Source: Candidatus Curtissbacteria bacterium | Lineage (GTDB): Bacteria > Patescibacteriota > Microgenomatia > Curtissbacterales > GWA2-41-24 | DNA length: 36,866 nucleotides | Assembly (NCBI GenBank): GCA_030688205.1 | Contig: JAUYIQ010000059.1 | Span: 1-36,866 of the forward strand | Direction of reading: 5' to 3' | In this document: in pieces, positions 27,425 to 35,945 of the stretch | Layout of the letters: each line of letters opens with the position of its first letter | Numbering within the stretch: position 1 is the first letter of the stretch | Notes under the pieces: generated by a model | Told to the model about the DNA's origin: nothing | Seen by the model: the letters and a program-made list of their open reading frames with translations, nothing else | Databases searched by the model: none | Program-made: the position numbers and the translations under genes

Positions 27425-27989
27425 AATTAATCGTTTCATTTTCCGTAATTACCATGTCCATCGCAAGGTCATGCGCTTCTTTTGGCAAACTATCCGTTAT
27501 CTGAAAATCATAAGCAAGACCGATTTTAATCGCATCTGAATCGGATAAAAGTTTATCGTAAACGCCTTTCCCGTATCCAAGTCTTACACCTTTTCTGTCG
27601 AATGCAATTCCGGGGACAATTGCAACGTTAATTTCATAAGGCTTGATATATTTCCCGCTTGTCGGCTGTGGTATGCCGGCCGGCCCTTCTTCTAGATTAT
27701 CCCACCTCCTAAATTCACAAAATACATACCCAACCCGGGAATCAAATTTCGGCAAGAAAACTCGTTTACCCAAAGATATTAATAAATCTATGATTTTGCC
27801 GGTTTCAACCTCATTTTTTATTGCAACATAGGCGCAAACGATACCTACATTCTTGATTGCTTCCAATTCAAGAACTTTTTCCAAAATCGACAAACTTTTT
27901 TGTCTAACTTCCGTCCTTGACAATTCTAATCTTTTGTCAAGCAGTTGCTCTCGGATCTCCCGTTTTTTAGTAGTTTGTGTTCCCTGCAT
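27417..27989 (-). CDS. 5-formyltetrahydrofolate cyclo-ligase
   Basis: KREIRE, NEVET, GIPQP, IVPGIAFDRKGVRLGYGKGVYDKLL, EAHDLAMDMVITE. Confidence 0.93.
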   Translation of the reverse strand: MQGTQTTKKREIREQLLDKRLELSRTEVRQKSLSILEKVLELEAIKNVGIVCAYVAIKNEVETGKIIDLLISLGKRVFLPKFDSRVGYVFCEFRRWDNLEEGPAGIPQPTSGKYIKPYEINVAIVPGIAFDRKGVRLGYGKGVYDKLLSDSDAIKIGLAYDFQITDSLPKEAHDLAMDMVITENETINSI

Positions 27990-28007
27990 GTGATAATCTT
28001 ATCATTA
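27990..28007. promoter_or_regulatory. 18-bp palindromic bidirectional extended -10 promoter
   Basis: TGATAA-TC-TTATCA; (+) TGa-TAATCT-8 nt-ATG 28008; (-) TGa-TAAGAT-6 nt-ATG 27989. Confidence 0.65.
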
Positions 28008-29099
28008 ATGTTTTTGAAAAACTTAGAGCTCTCCAGTCCGTTTTTTGGTCATCTTTTTTATTTCACCCGCGATTTCTCAATGTATTTAATTCTGGTTGTG
28101 GTTTCTTTTGTATTTTTGATTTATTCAGCATTCAAAATACAAAAGCAAAAAATTTCTGAAAAAAGAAAAAAAATTCTAACGGCCTTTGCGTTTACAATTT
28201 TCGCAATTATTTTTACATTCACCGCCTTTGAATCTTACTTTCGATATAGATATGACGTTTCCGACGGTCTCGGATTTTTAAAAGTTAGCAAAAAATGGGA
28301 TGCAAGACATGTTGTTTTAAACAATGAATTTTCAAGAGATAGAAATTTTGAACAGGAAAAACAAGAAGGAGTAACAAGAATCGGTGTTCTGGGTGATTCA
28401 ATTGCCGCGGGCGGCGGAATCGAAAACATCACAAATCGATTTTCAAATATTCTGGAGGCGAAATTAAGAGAAACCGGCAAAAAAGTCGAAGTTTACAACT
28501 TAGGCAGACCCGGTTATGACACAAGTTCGGAAATTTTAGTCTACGACGAAATGAAACAATACAACTTCGATATTATAGTTTGGGAATATTTTGTAAATGA
28601 TGTACAACCGGGTTTTAAAAGTTCAGGCACGCCAATTATAGAAAATAGTAGCAAAAAAAGTAAGCTTGTCGCCTTTATTTCCGATCGCTCATACTTTTTT
28701 GATTTCATGTACTGGCGGCTTTCATCAAAATATCAAAAAACATTCCAGGCGCTTAGAATTGCAGACATTGCTCAATATAAGAATGAACCGGTATTGAATC
28801 AACATTATCAGGATATAAAAACACTTTTGGAAAAAATGAAGGAGCAAAACTCGAAAGTTGTAGTTATTATGTTCCCCTCCAATATATTGCTAGGGCCCGA
28901 CTACCCAACATATATTCATGAGATGATGGGTAAATACTTCAGAGATAATGGTGCCCAGTTTTATGATTTATTACAGGATCTGAAAGACAAAGACGGAAAA
29001 ACACTAATAGCCAGCAAATTTGATCCTCATCCTAATGAAATCGTTCACGAAATTGCAGGCGAAAAACTCTACGAGTTGCTACTGCCCACGATTAAGTAA
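28008..29099 (+). CDS. Membrane-anchored SGNH/GDSL hydrolase or acyltransferase
   Basis: VLGDSI, NLGRPG, FVND, DPHPN; two N-terminal TMs. ATG 28008 chosen (28080 possible). Confidence 0.85.
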   Translation: MFLKNLELSSPFFGHLFYFTRDFSMYLILVVVSFVFLIYSAFKIQKQKISEKRKKILTAFAFTIFAIIFTFTAFESYFRYRYDVSDGLGFLKVSKKWDARHVVLNNEFSRDRNFEQEKQEGVTRIGVLGDSIAAGGGIENITNRFSNILEAKLRETGKKVEVYNLGRPGYDTSSEILVYDEMKQYNFDIIVWEYFVNDVQPGFKSSGTPIIENSSKKSKLVAFISDRSYFFDFMYWRLSSKYQKTFQALRIADIAQYKNEPVLNQHYQDIKTLLEKMKEQNSKVVVIMFPSNILLGPDYPTYIHEMMGKYFRDNGAQFYDLLQDLKDKDGKTLIASKFDPHPNEIVHEIAGEKLYELLLPTIK

Positions 29100-29507
29100 T
29101 TACTTGCGGGGAACTGTTTTGTAAACAGCCCACTGGCCTAAAGTTAAAAGCCCTCCCACTAAAACGGCATAAAGGACACTGGAAATACCCATGCCCAGAA
29201 CTGAAGCGAATAATTTAAGAACCCAAACGATAACTACATTCACAACAAAATATATAAGGCCGTTCAGGTTTTCCTCTTTTAGCTTCAGTGACTTTAAACT
29301 TCTCTTAATGTTGCTTTTGGCGATAATTGGCTCAACAATATATGTTAAGAGGACAACGATAAGCCCCACCACAACAGCAGCAAACGGTCCACTTATATCT
29401 TTATTGCCTAAAACTACGTTTCCTTTGAAAATAGCAGCTGCAACAACAAGAACAAATGCATTTGCTACCCAGTACCCCAAGAAGCCTACTAACTTTCTCT
29501 GTTCCAC
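29100..29507 (-). CDS. Hypothetical 4-TM membrane protein
   Basis: Hydrophobic ORF with GTG start, SD-like GAGGGGGTGA, upstream TTGACT..TATTCT on the minus strand. Confidence 0.75.
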   Translation of the reverse strand: MEQRKLVGFLGYWVANAFVLVVAAAIFKGNVVLGNKDISGPFAAVVVGLIVVLLTYIVEPIIAKSNIKRSLKSLKLKEENLNGLIYFVVNVVIVWVLKLFASVLGMGISSVLYAVLVGGLLTLGQWAVYKTVPRK

Positions 29508-29610
29508 AAAATCACCCCCTCTAAGGCTAGAATAGACCCAGAAACATACTTAGTCAATGGGATCATAGCTTGTTTGACTTTAACAATAGATTCAGATAAG
29601 CTAGTGCTAG

Positions 29611-29913
29611 ATGGTCTCCCAAGATCAAGTTTTAGATAAACTTCGAGAATGCATTGATCCCGAGCTTGGAATAAATATCATAGATTTAGGCTTGGTTTAC
29701 AGCATAGACATCGAAAGTGCCAGAATCAATGTTTTAATGACCTTGACTACTCCGGGTTGCCCCCTGGATTCCTACTTTGTTCAGGACATTACTTCAAAGC
29801 TCAAAAAACTTAAAGGTATATCTGATGTTTCAATAGAACTCACATTCGAACCGCCCTGGACTCCCATTAAAATGTCTCAGGAGTCAAAAGACCTCCTCGG
29901 TTTCGTCAATTAA
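29611..29913 (+). CDS. DUF59/SufT (PaaD-like) Fe-S cluster assembly protein
   Basis: DPELGINIIDLGLVY, MTLTTPGCP, FEPPWTP-KMS. Confidence 0.92.
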   Translation: MVSQDQVLDKLRECIDPELGINIIDLGLVYSIDIESARINVLMTLTTPGCPLDSYFVQDITSKLKKLKGISDVSIELTFEPPWTPIKMSQESKDLLGFVN

Positions 29914-29987
29914 CTTCACCCTCGTAGGGGTTGAATTCGGGTTTTCTTCGGAGTAGAATATAAAAAGGCTCATATAATTTTTGGGTA

Positions 29988-30042
29988 TTGACAAGGTCTA
30001 TATCTAGTGTCTAATCTGGAATTAGACCACAATATATTGTGC
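29988..30042 (+). promoter_or_regulatory. Promoter (TTGACA..TAATCT) overlapped by tandem NrdR boxes
   Basis: GGTCTATATCTAGTGT (29995-30010) and CCACAATATATTGTGC (30027-30042), 32 bp apart, matching acaCwAtATaTwGtgt; upstream of nrdR-nrdJ. Confidence 0.88.
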
Positions 30043-30131
30043 TTTTGACAAGTTTGTGAAACACAAGTCTGCAGTCAAAAGCGAATTTCAAATAAGGGCA
30101 GTATAAGTAAAAAAAGACTGATATTGAACAA

Positions 30132-30620
30132 GTGATTTGTCCGTTTTGTTCTAATGATTTTTCGCGGGTTATAGATAAACGTGAAGGTGACGGTGGCAAG
30201 ACTACCAGACGTAGACGAGAGTGCCAAAAATGTAGTCGCCGATTCACAACTTTTGAAAGAGTCGAAACGCTTGATCTTCTAATAATCAAAAAAGAAGGGA
30301 AAAGAGAACCTTTCGACCGAATAAAGCTAAGAAGCGGTATAATCAAAGCTTGCGAAAAAAGGCCTGTTTCAGCAGGAGAAATTGAAAGAATTCTGGATGA
30401 GATTGAAGCTGAGCTTAGGAAAAACGCAACAAAAGAAATTTCGAGCAAGAAAATAGGCGATTTAGTTATTAAAAAACTTAAAAAATTAGACGAGGTTGCC
30501 TATATTCGTTTTGCTTCCGTATATAGACAATTTACCGATTTGGCAGATTTTGAAAAAGAACTGTCAAAACTATCAAAAGAACTAAAAACAAAAAATGAAA
30601 ATCAACGGCCGCGAAATTAA
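30132..30620 (+). CDS. nrdR: Transcriptional repressor NrdR
   Basis: CPFC, RRRRECQKC-RRFTTFE, ATP cone, DEVAYIRFASVYRQF. Confidence 0.97.
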   Translation: MICPFCSNDFSRVIDKREGDGGKTTRRRRECQKCSRRFTTFERVETLDLLIIKKEGKREPFDRIKLRSGIIKACEKRPVSAGEIERILDEIEAELRKNATKEISSKKIGDLVIKKLKKLDEVAYIRFASVYRQFTDLADFEKELSKLSKELKTKNENQRPRN

Positions 30621-33354
30621 AGTAAACACAAGAGATAAAGTTCGCCAAAAGGCGAGAGAACTTGGCAGGAAAATTCCGGCTCCACCCCCGGATCTTATAG
30701 AACCCACCCTAAGCGAGAACGCAGCCTACATTGCCAAAACCCGCTATGCATTCCGTAACGAAAAGGGTGAACCCACGGAAAGCCCGAAAGACATGTTCTG
30801 GAGAATTGCTTATTACATTTCGGCAGCAGACACGATCTACCAAAAAACCAAAAAATCTCATATGGCATCTGCCCGCGAGTTTTACAAACTTATGGCAGCC
30901 CAGAAATTTATCCCAAACACACCGACAATGGTTAACTCTGCAAAAGTCGGCCAATCTCTTTCCGCATGTTTCGTGCTGCCGGTAGAAGATGATATGCAGT
31001 CAATTCTAAAAACAATGTCCAATATGGCAATGATTCACAAGATGGCAGGCGGTACAGGATTTTCATTCTCCAGGCTTAGACCAAAAGACGACATCATTGG
31101 AACCAGCAAAGGTAAGTCGACAGGACCGGTTGCCTTCATGCAGGCATACAACGATGTCTGCAGCCAGATCAGGCAAGGCGGAGTAAGAAGGGGAGCCAAT
31201 ATGGGAATTCTTCACTACACACACCCGGACGTTTTGCGTTTTGCAGTCCACAAGATAGATGAATTTTCACTAACCAATTTCAACATCTCCGTAACAGTTA
31301 CGGAAGACTTTATGGAAAAAGTAAAAGACGATGCCCAGTTCGTAGAGGGAGAAATGAATGTAGATCAAATCATCGAAGAAATCAAAGAAGCATATGCAAT
31401 CCGCGACCTGGATCTCAAAAGTGTCAGAGTAGAAGAAGGAGTTCAGAAGCTATATGAACTTTGCCGCGCAACCCACCAAGGCGAAGGTTACGATCTTGTT
31501 AATCCTCATACACAAAAAGCCACAGACAAACTTAACGCCAAAAAAGTTTTCGATCTGATTACAAAACTTGCATGGCAATATGGTGATCCCGGGATGATTT
31601 TGATAGACAGAGTTAACAACTCCCGCGCAAATCCGACACCAAAAGTTGGTTTAATCGAAGCAACAAATCCTTGTGCCGAACAACCCCTTCTTCCTTACGA
31701 TGCTTGTACTCTGGGTTCAATAAATCTCTCAAAGTTTGTTTACCCTGAGCAAAGTCGAAGGGTCGAAGAAAACATAGAAAAAAGCTTGGAGGCAGTCAAT
31801 TGGACAGAATTAAAAGAGGCAGTTCACACGGCTATTCACTTTTTAGACAACGTTCTGGATATGAACGAATATCCGGTCAAAGAAATCGACGAAATGACTT
31901 CCATGATCAGAAGAGTTGGTCTTGGAGTCATGGGGTGGGCAGACATGCTAATGAAGTTGGAAATAGGCTACAACACGCAAGCAGGTTTTGAACTTGCAGA
32001 AAAAGTCATGCAGTTTGTGCAAAAAGAATCGGATAACGCAAGCTGTGATCTTGCAAAAACAAGAGGTGTCTTCCCTGCCTTTAAGGGTTCAATTTACGAT
32101 AAGCCAAATAGCATCAAACCCAGAAATGGTGCCAGAACAACGATTGCGCCAACAGGAACAATATCACTGCTTGCTGATTGTTCCAGCGGCATCGAACCAC
32201 ACTTTGCGCTAACTTATGCCAAAAACACCATCGAGGGCAAAAGACTTTTTACCACAAACTCCTACTTACTGGAGGCTTTGGAAAAAAGAGATTTGGAAAA
32301 TGATGACTTACTGGCAAAAGTAGAGGAAAACAAAGGTTCTGTGCAGGAACTTTCCGAAATTCCCCAAGACATGCAAAAAACCTTTGTTGTTGCCGGCGAT
32401 ATTGCTCCAAAAGACCATGTTCGAATGGCTGCTGCTTTCCAGAAATACACCGATAACGGGATTTCAAAAACCATCAACTTCCCCAATAAAGCCACTGTCA
32501 ACGATGTTCGTGAAGCATATTGGTTAAGTTATGAACTTGGCTGCAATATGATAACCATTTACAGAGATGGTTCCCGTGTCAAACAAGTTCTCGAAGTTGA
32601 GAAAGGAAAATCTTACTACGATCAACTGGCGGGTAAACGCATTGATGTTCCCCACAAACGACCGACCCCGACAGAGGCATGGGGAATGCGCGTTCGTAAA
32701 AAAGCGGATGTTGGCCACGTTTACACCTCCGTATTCCGGGATGCAGACGGCTCCCCTGTAGAAGTTTTTGTAACAATTGGTAAAACCGGCGGCTATGTCG
32801 CAGGCGCTGCAGAAGTCACCGGAAGACTGGCATCGCGCGCTTTGAAATATGGCGCAAGTCTTGATGAAGTAGCATCGGATCTCATAGGAATCTCATGTGG
32901 TACGCCTTACGGTCTTGGTCCCGAAAGCGTTCTCTCGGCATTCGATGCAGTCGGCAAGTCGCTGATAGAAATTGCCAATGCAAAACAACTCCAACTGCCA
33001 ATTGGAGTGGAAGCTAACCAAACAGTGGAAGAGATGATCCCACAACAACAAAACTTAATTCCCACCAGTCCACCGGCTCCGGCCAATGGACACACAAACG
33101 GCAACGGTCACACCAACGGCAATGGTGCCGGCCATAAACTTGCTTCTTCAAATGGCAACGGTGTAAATTTCCAAATGTCTATTCCCAAAACAGGGGTTAT
33201 GTCCATAGACCCGCTCTTGCTGGCTAGAGCTCAAGAAGAAAAAATAATCGAGAATAAATTTACTGCATGCCCTGATTGTTCCAGTCCGGTTGTTTATAAA
33301 GAAGGCTGCCGTTCCTGCGTTAACCCAACCTGCGGTTGGAGTAAATGCAGCTAG
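30595..33354 (+). CDS. nrdJ: Class II (adenosylcobalamin-dependent) ribonucleotide reductase with C-terminal TSCPD/zinc-ribbon region
   Basis: PNTPTM, LSACFV, QGGVRRGANM, TNPCAEQPL, TTIAPTGTIS, ISKTINFP, TIYRDGSR, terminal CPDC..EGCRSC..CGWSKC. Confidence 0.95.
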   Translation: MKINGREIKVNTRDKVRQKARELGRKIPAPPPDLIEPTLSENAAYIAKTRYAFRNEKGEPTESPKDMFWRIAYYISAADTIYQKTKKSHMASAREFYKLMAAQKFIPNTPTMVNSAKVGQSLSACFVLPVEDDMQSILKTMSNMAMIHKMAGGTGFSFSRLRPKDDIIGTSKGKSTGPVAFMQAYNDVCSQIRQGGVRRGANMGILHYTHPDVLRFAVHKIDEFSLTNFNISVTVTEDFMEKVKDDAQFVEGEMNVDQIIEEIKEAYAIRDLDLKSVRVEEGVQKLYELCRATHQGEGYDLVNPHTQKATDKLNAKKVFDLITKLAWQYGDPGMILIDRVNNSRANPTPKVGLIEATNPCAEQPLLPYDACTLGSINLSKFVYPEQSRRVEENIEKSLEAVNWTELKEAVHTAIHFLDNVLDMNEYPVKEIDEMTSMIRRVGLGVMGWADMLMKLEIGYNTQAGFELAEKVMQFVQKESDNASCDLAKTRGVFPAFKGSIYDKPNSIKPRNGARTTIAPTGTISLLADCSSGIEPHFALTYAKNTIEGKRLFTTNSYLLEALEKRDLENDDLLAKVEENKGSVQELSEIPQDMQKTFVVAGDIAPKDHVRMAAAFQKYTDNGISKTINFPNKATVNDVREAYWLSYELGCNMITIYRDGSRVKQVLEVEKGKSYYDQLAGKRIDVPHKRPTPTEAWGMRVRKKADVGHVYTSVFRDADGSPVEVFVTIGKTGGYVAGAAEVTGRLASRALKYGASLDEVASDLIGISCGTPYGLGPESVLSAFDAVGKSLIEIANAKQLQLPIGVEANQTVEEMIPQQQNLIPTSPPAPANGHTNGNGHTNGNGAGHKLASSNGNGVNFQMSIPKTGVMSIDPLLLARAQEEKIIENKFTACPDCSSPVVYKEGCRSCVNPTCGWSKCS
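31738..31762 (+). repeat. REP-like element GTTTACCCTGAGCAAAGTCGAAGGG inserted in frame in nrdJ
   Basis: Encodes VYPEQSRR after GSINLSKF; removing 24 nt restores KFVEE. Confidence 0.7.
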
Positions 33355-33374
33355 ATCTTATATAATTTCCCTCA

Positions 33375-34052
33375 ATGAGAATAAATAAGTTTTTGGCACA
33401 TGCCGGTGTGGCTTCGCGTCGCAAAGTTGACGAGTTGATTGAAGCAGGCAAAGTCACGGTTAACGCTAAAAGGGCAACACTCGGCCAACAAATAGATCCC
33501 CAAAAAGATGAAATAAAAGTAAATGGCAAACAAATCAAATCTGAAGAAGAATTTGAATACATTATTTTAAATAAACTCAAAAAAGAAACAGTTTTGGAGC
33601 AAGTCAAAACCAAATCGCGCATATACCCGGTAGGAAGACTTGACAAAGAATCGACAGGTCTTATTTTGTTAACTAACGACGGTGAGCTTACAAATCGCCT
33701 AACTCATCCCAGATACCACGTCGAAAAAGTTTACGAAGTTGTCTACCTGGGAAAAGTTGCCGATACGACCATAGGGAGAATAGAAAAGGGGATAGAGCTG
33801 GAAGAAGGCAGAAAAAAAGAAGCGAGAGTAAAAACGTTATCGTCAAATGATCACAAAACAGTTTTAGAAATAACACTTTACGAAGGAAGAAAAAGACAAA
33901 TCAGGAGATTGGCCGAAAAACTTCATCTGCATATTATCGCGCTAAAACGTATTACCATCGGCCCCATAAATTTAGAAGGTCTCGAGTCAGGAAAATTCAG
34001 AAAACTTTCACCTGAGGAAATTTCTGCGTTAAAAAAATCAGCAGGTATTTAA
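33375..34052 (+). CDS. rRNA pseudouridine synthase (RsuA/RluB family, S4 domain)
   Basis: RINKFLAHAGVASRR, PVGRLDKESTGLILLTNDG, EGRKRQIRR. Confidence 0.93.
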   Translation: MRINKFLAHAGVASRRKVDELIEAGKVTVNAKRATLGQQIDPQKDEIKVNGKQIKSEEEFEYIILNKLKKETVLEQVKTKSRIYPVGRLDKESTGLILLTNDGELTNRLTHPRYHVEKVYEVVYLGKVADTTIGRIEKGIELEEGRKKEARVKTLSSNDHKTVLEITLYEGRKRQIRRLAEKLHLHIIALKRITIGPINLEGLESGKFRKLSPEEISALKKSAGI

Positions 34053-34669
34053 CCTCGCCCCTTCCAAATAACTTCTTTATCACCATCTATCATGTTTGCA
34101 TACCTTGCCAGCATAAAAAACCAATCGGACAAACGATTTATATAGATAATGTCGTTTTTGCTGATTTTCTCCATTCCCGCCAAAGCAACAACAGCCCGTT
34201 CTGCACGACGTGCAACTGTTCTTGCCAAATGCAAATGAGAACCAATTACATTTCCTCCTGGCAAAATAAAATTCCTAAGCTGTGGAAGTTTAGAACTCCA
34301 AAAATCAATCTCTTTCTCCAATCTTTTAATATTTTTGGAATCGACTCGTGGAATTATTACCTTCATACTGTTCGGAGTAGCAAGTCCCGCTCCAAGCGCA
34401 AAAAGTTCTACCTGAACCCTCAAAAGTTTTTCTGCGATTTCATCATAATCACTTGTCATTCTGGGGAGCGGAGCGACTCCAGAATCGATTCTGGACAAGC
34501 CAGAATGACGGTTTATGTCTGCTAAAACAACACCAATTAGCGAATTTAACTCATCAATGGTTCCATAAGCATTAATCCTCGCCGAATTTTTATCGACCCT
34601 TTCGCCTCCAAAAAGAGAAGTAGTGCCACTGTCACCGGTTTTGGTATATATCTTAATCCTCTTTGCCAC
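34049..34669 (-). CDS. ATP:cob(I)alamin adenosyltransferase (PduO/MMAB type)
   Basis: KIYTKTGDSGTTSL, YGTIDELNS, FILPGG, LHLARTVARRAER, YINRLSDWFF. GTG 34669 lies 6 nt after TACAAT. Confidence 0.93.
   Translation of the reverse strand: MAKRIKIYTKTGDSGTTSLFGGERVDKNSARINAYGTIDELNSLIGVVLADINRHSGLSRIDSGVAPLPRMTSDYDEIAEKLLRVQVELFALGAGLATPNSMKVIIPRVDSKNIKRLEKEIDFWSSKLPQLRNFILPGGNVIGSHLHLARTVARRAERAVVALAGMEKISKNDIIYINRLSDWFFMLARYANMIDGDKEVIWKGRG
34455..34509. repeat. 55-bp palindromic REP-like element inserted in frame in the adenosyltransferase gene
   Basis: Terminal inverted repeats GTCATTCTGG/CCAGAATGAC and central palindrome CCAGAATCGATTCTGG; encodes RHSGLSRIDSGVAPLPRMT. Confidence 0.82.
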
Positions 34670-34702
34670 GGCCGAATTGTACAATAAATTATTGACGATT
34701 TC

Positions 34703-35176
34703 CTAAAAACTTTTCTCGAGGCGTTGTGTATCACCTAGCGTTTCGTATGAAGAAACTGTTATCTGGTGATTCCACACAGGCGGGTCTCCAAACTCACCCG
34801 CGCGCTTAGATTCAAAAAAACCGCAAATAACGGTGCGTACATACCTGTTATCCGAACCGGGATACTGGTTGATGATTTCACCCTCTGTCCTAATCCATGC
34901 CGAACGTGTGAACTGATCGTCTGAAAGACTCACTTTAAGTATCGAAAGTTTATCTGTCTTAACAAAATATCCTTCAGTACATACGTTCTTTTCGTTGCGG
35001 ACATTTCCGTATGACAAAAGTTCAATAAGATCTATCTTTTTATATTCCGCTTTTCCGAAAAACTGTCCGTACCTGGATAAATTTATGAGGGAGTACAAAG
35101 AAACCCCCACAAGAGCTATCACAAGCAGCAATTCTACGGCGAGTTTACCGTGATAGAATGACAAAGCACGTCTCAT
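34703..35176 (-). CDS. Hypothetical membrane-anchored protein
   Basis: N-terminal TM followed by a beta-rich domain. Confidence 0.7.
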   Translation of the reverse strand: MRRALSFYHGKLAVELLLVIALVGVSLYSLINLSRYGQFFGKAEYKKIDLIELLSYGNVRNEKNVCTEGYFVKTDKLSILKVSLSDDQFTRSAWIRTEGEIINQYPGSDNRYVRTVICGFFESKRAGEFGDPPVWNHQITVSSYETLGDTQRLEKSF

Positions 35177-35182
35177 ACCATA

Positions 35183-35929
35183 ATGTTACCTGAATCTATA
35201 TCCATAGGTCCATTAACCCTCCACTTTTACGGTTTGATAATCGCAATATCAATATATTTAGGCTGGCTTCTTGCAAAAAGGAGAGCTCCTTTCTATAAAA
35301 TTCCCCCGTCACTTCTCGATGAGCCGATTCTTCTTATTCCTCTGCTGTTCTCGATTATTGGCGCAAGACTCTATCACGTTATGGATTATTGGGACGTTTA
35401 CATCCAAGATCTAAAATCTATTATCTATATCTCAAGTGGTGGATTAGGTATCTGGGGTGCTCTTGCCGGCGCTTTTATTGGATTTTGGATAGTTGCAAAA
35501 GTAAAAAAAATTAACCTTTTAGCACTTTTGGATTTATCGGCCCCATCGCTTCTTCTTGGTCAAGCTATAGGTAGAATAGGGAACTATATTAATCAGGAAG
35601 GTTTCGGTCCACCAACAAATTTGTCATGGGGAGTTTACATAAATCCCGAAAATCGCCCGGCCCAGTTTTTGACATCAACACACTTCCACCCGACATTTTT
35701 CTATGAAGCAATCCTCAATCTTCTTTTCTTCTTTTTGATCTTAAAACTGTCAAAAAGAAAAAGACCCGGTCAAGTTTTCGCACTTTACTTAATTTTATAC
35801 TCCACAGGACGCTTCCTCGTTGAATTCTTCCGAATAGATACTGCAACAATAGATAGCTTCAAAATTGCGCAACTACTTTCAGTCATAACAATTCTTGTTG
35901 GAATGAGACTGCTCGTAAAATTTAAATGA
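35183..35929 (+). CDS. lgt: Prolipoprotein diacylglyceryl transferase
   Basis: FYGLII, GARLYHV, GGLGIWG, QAIGRIGNYINQE-FG, HPTFFYE, RFLVEFFR. Confidence 0.95.
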   Translation: MLPESISIGPLTLHFYGLIIAISIYLGWLLAKRRAPFYKIPPSLLDEPILLIPLLFSIIGARLYHVMDYWDVYIQDLKSIIYISSGGLGIWGALAGAFIGFWIVAKVKKINLLALLDLSAPSLLLGQAIGRIGNYINQEGFGPPTNLSWGVYINPENRPAQFLTSTHFHPTFFYEAILNLLFFFLILKLSKRKRPGQVFALYLILYSTGRFLVEFFRIDTATIDSFKIAQLLSVITILVGMRLLVKFK

Positions 35930-35945
35930 TATAATTTCATCAGAA

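Noticed and set aside
2303-32776. Numerous antisense or alternate-frame ORFs in the track (e.g. 2303-2635, 3768-4325, 19586-20185, 30011-30448)
   Set aside because: They are shadows of well-supported genes or regulatory DNA and carry no motifs.
33085-33126. 18-bp imperfect repeat encoding NGHTNG-NGHTNG-NG in nrdJ
   Set aside because: Ordinary low-complexity linker before the C-terminal zinc ribbon; not a CRISPR or mobile repeat.
30595-33354. Possible intein or intron in the long nrdJ
   Set aside because: Continuous ORF with no intein N-terminal C/S block, His-Asn end or LAGLIDADG motif; length is explained by insertions and the TSCPD region.
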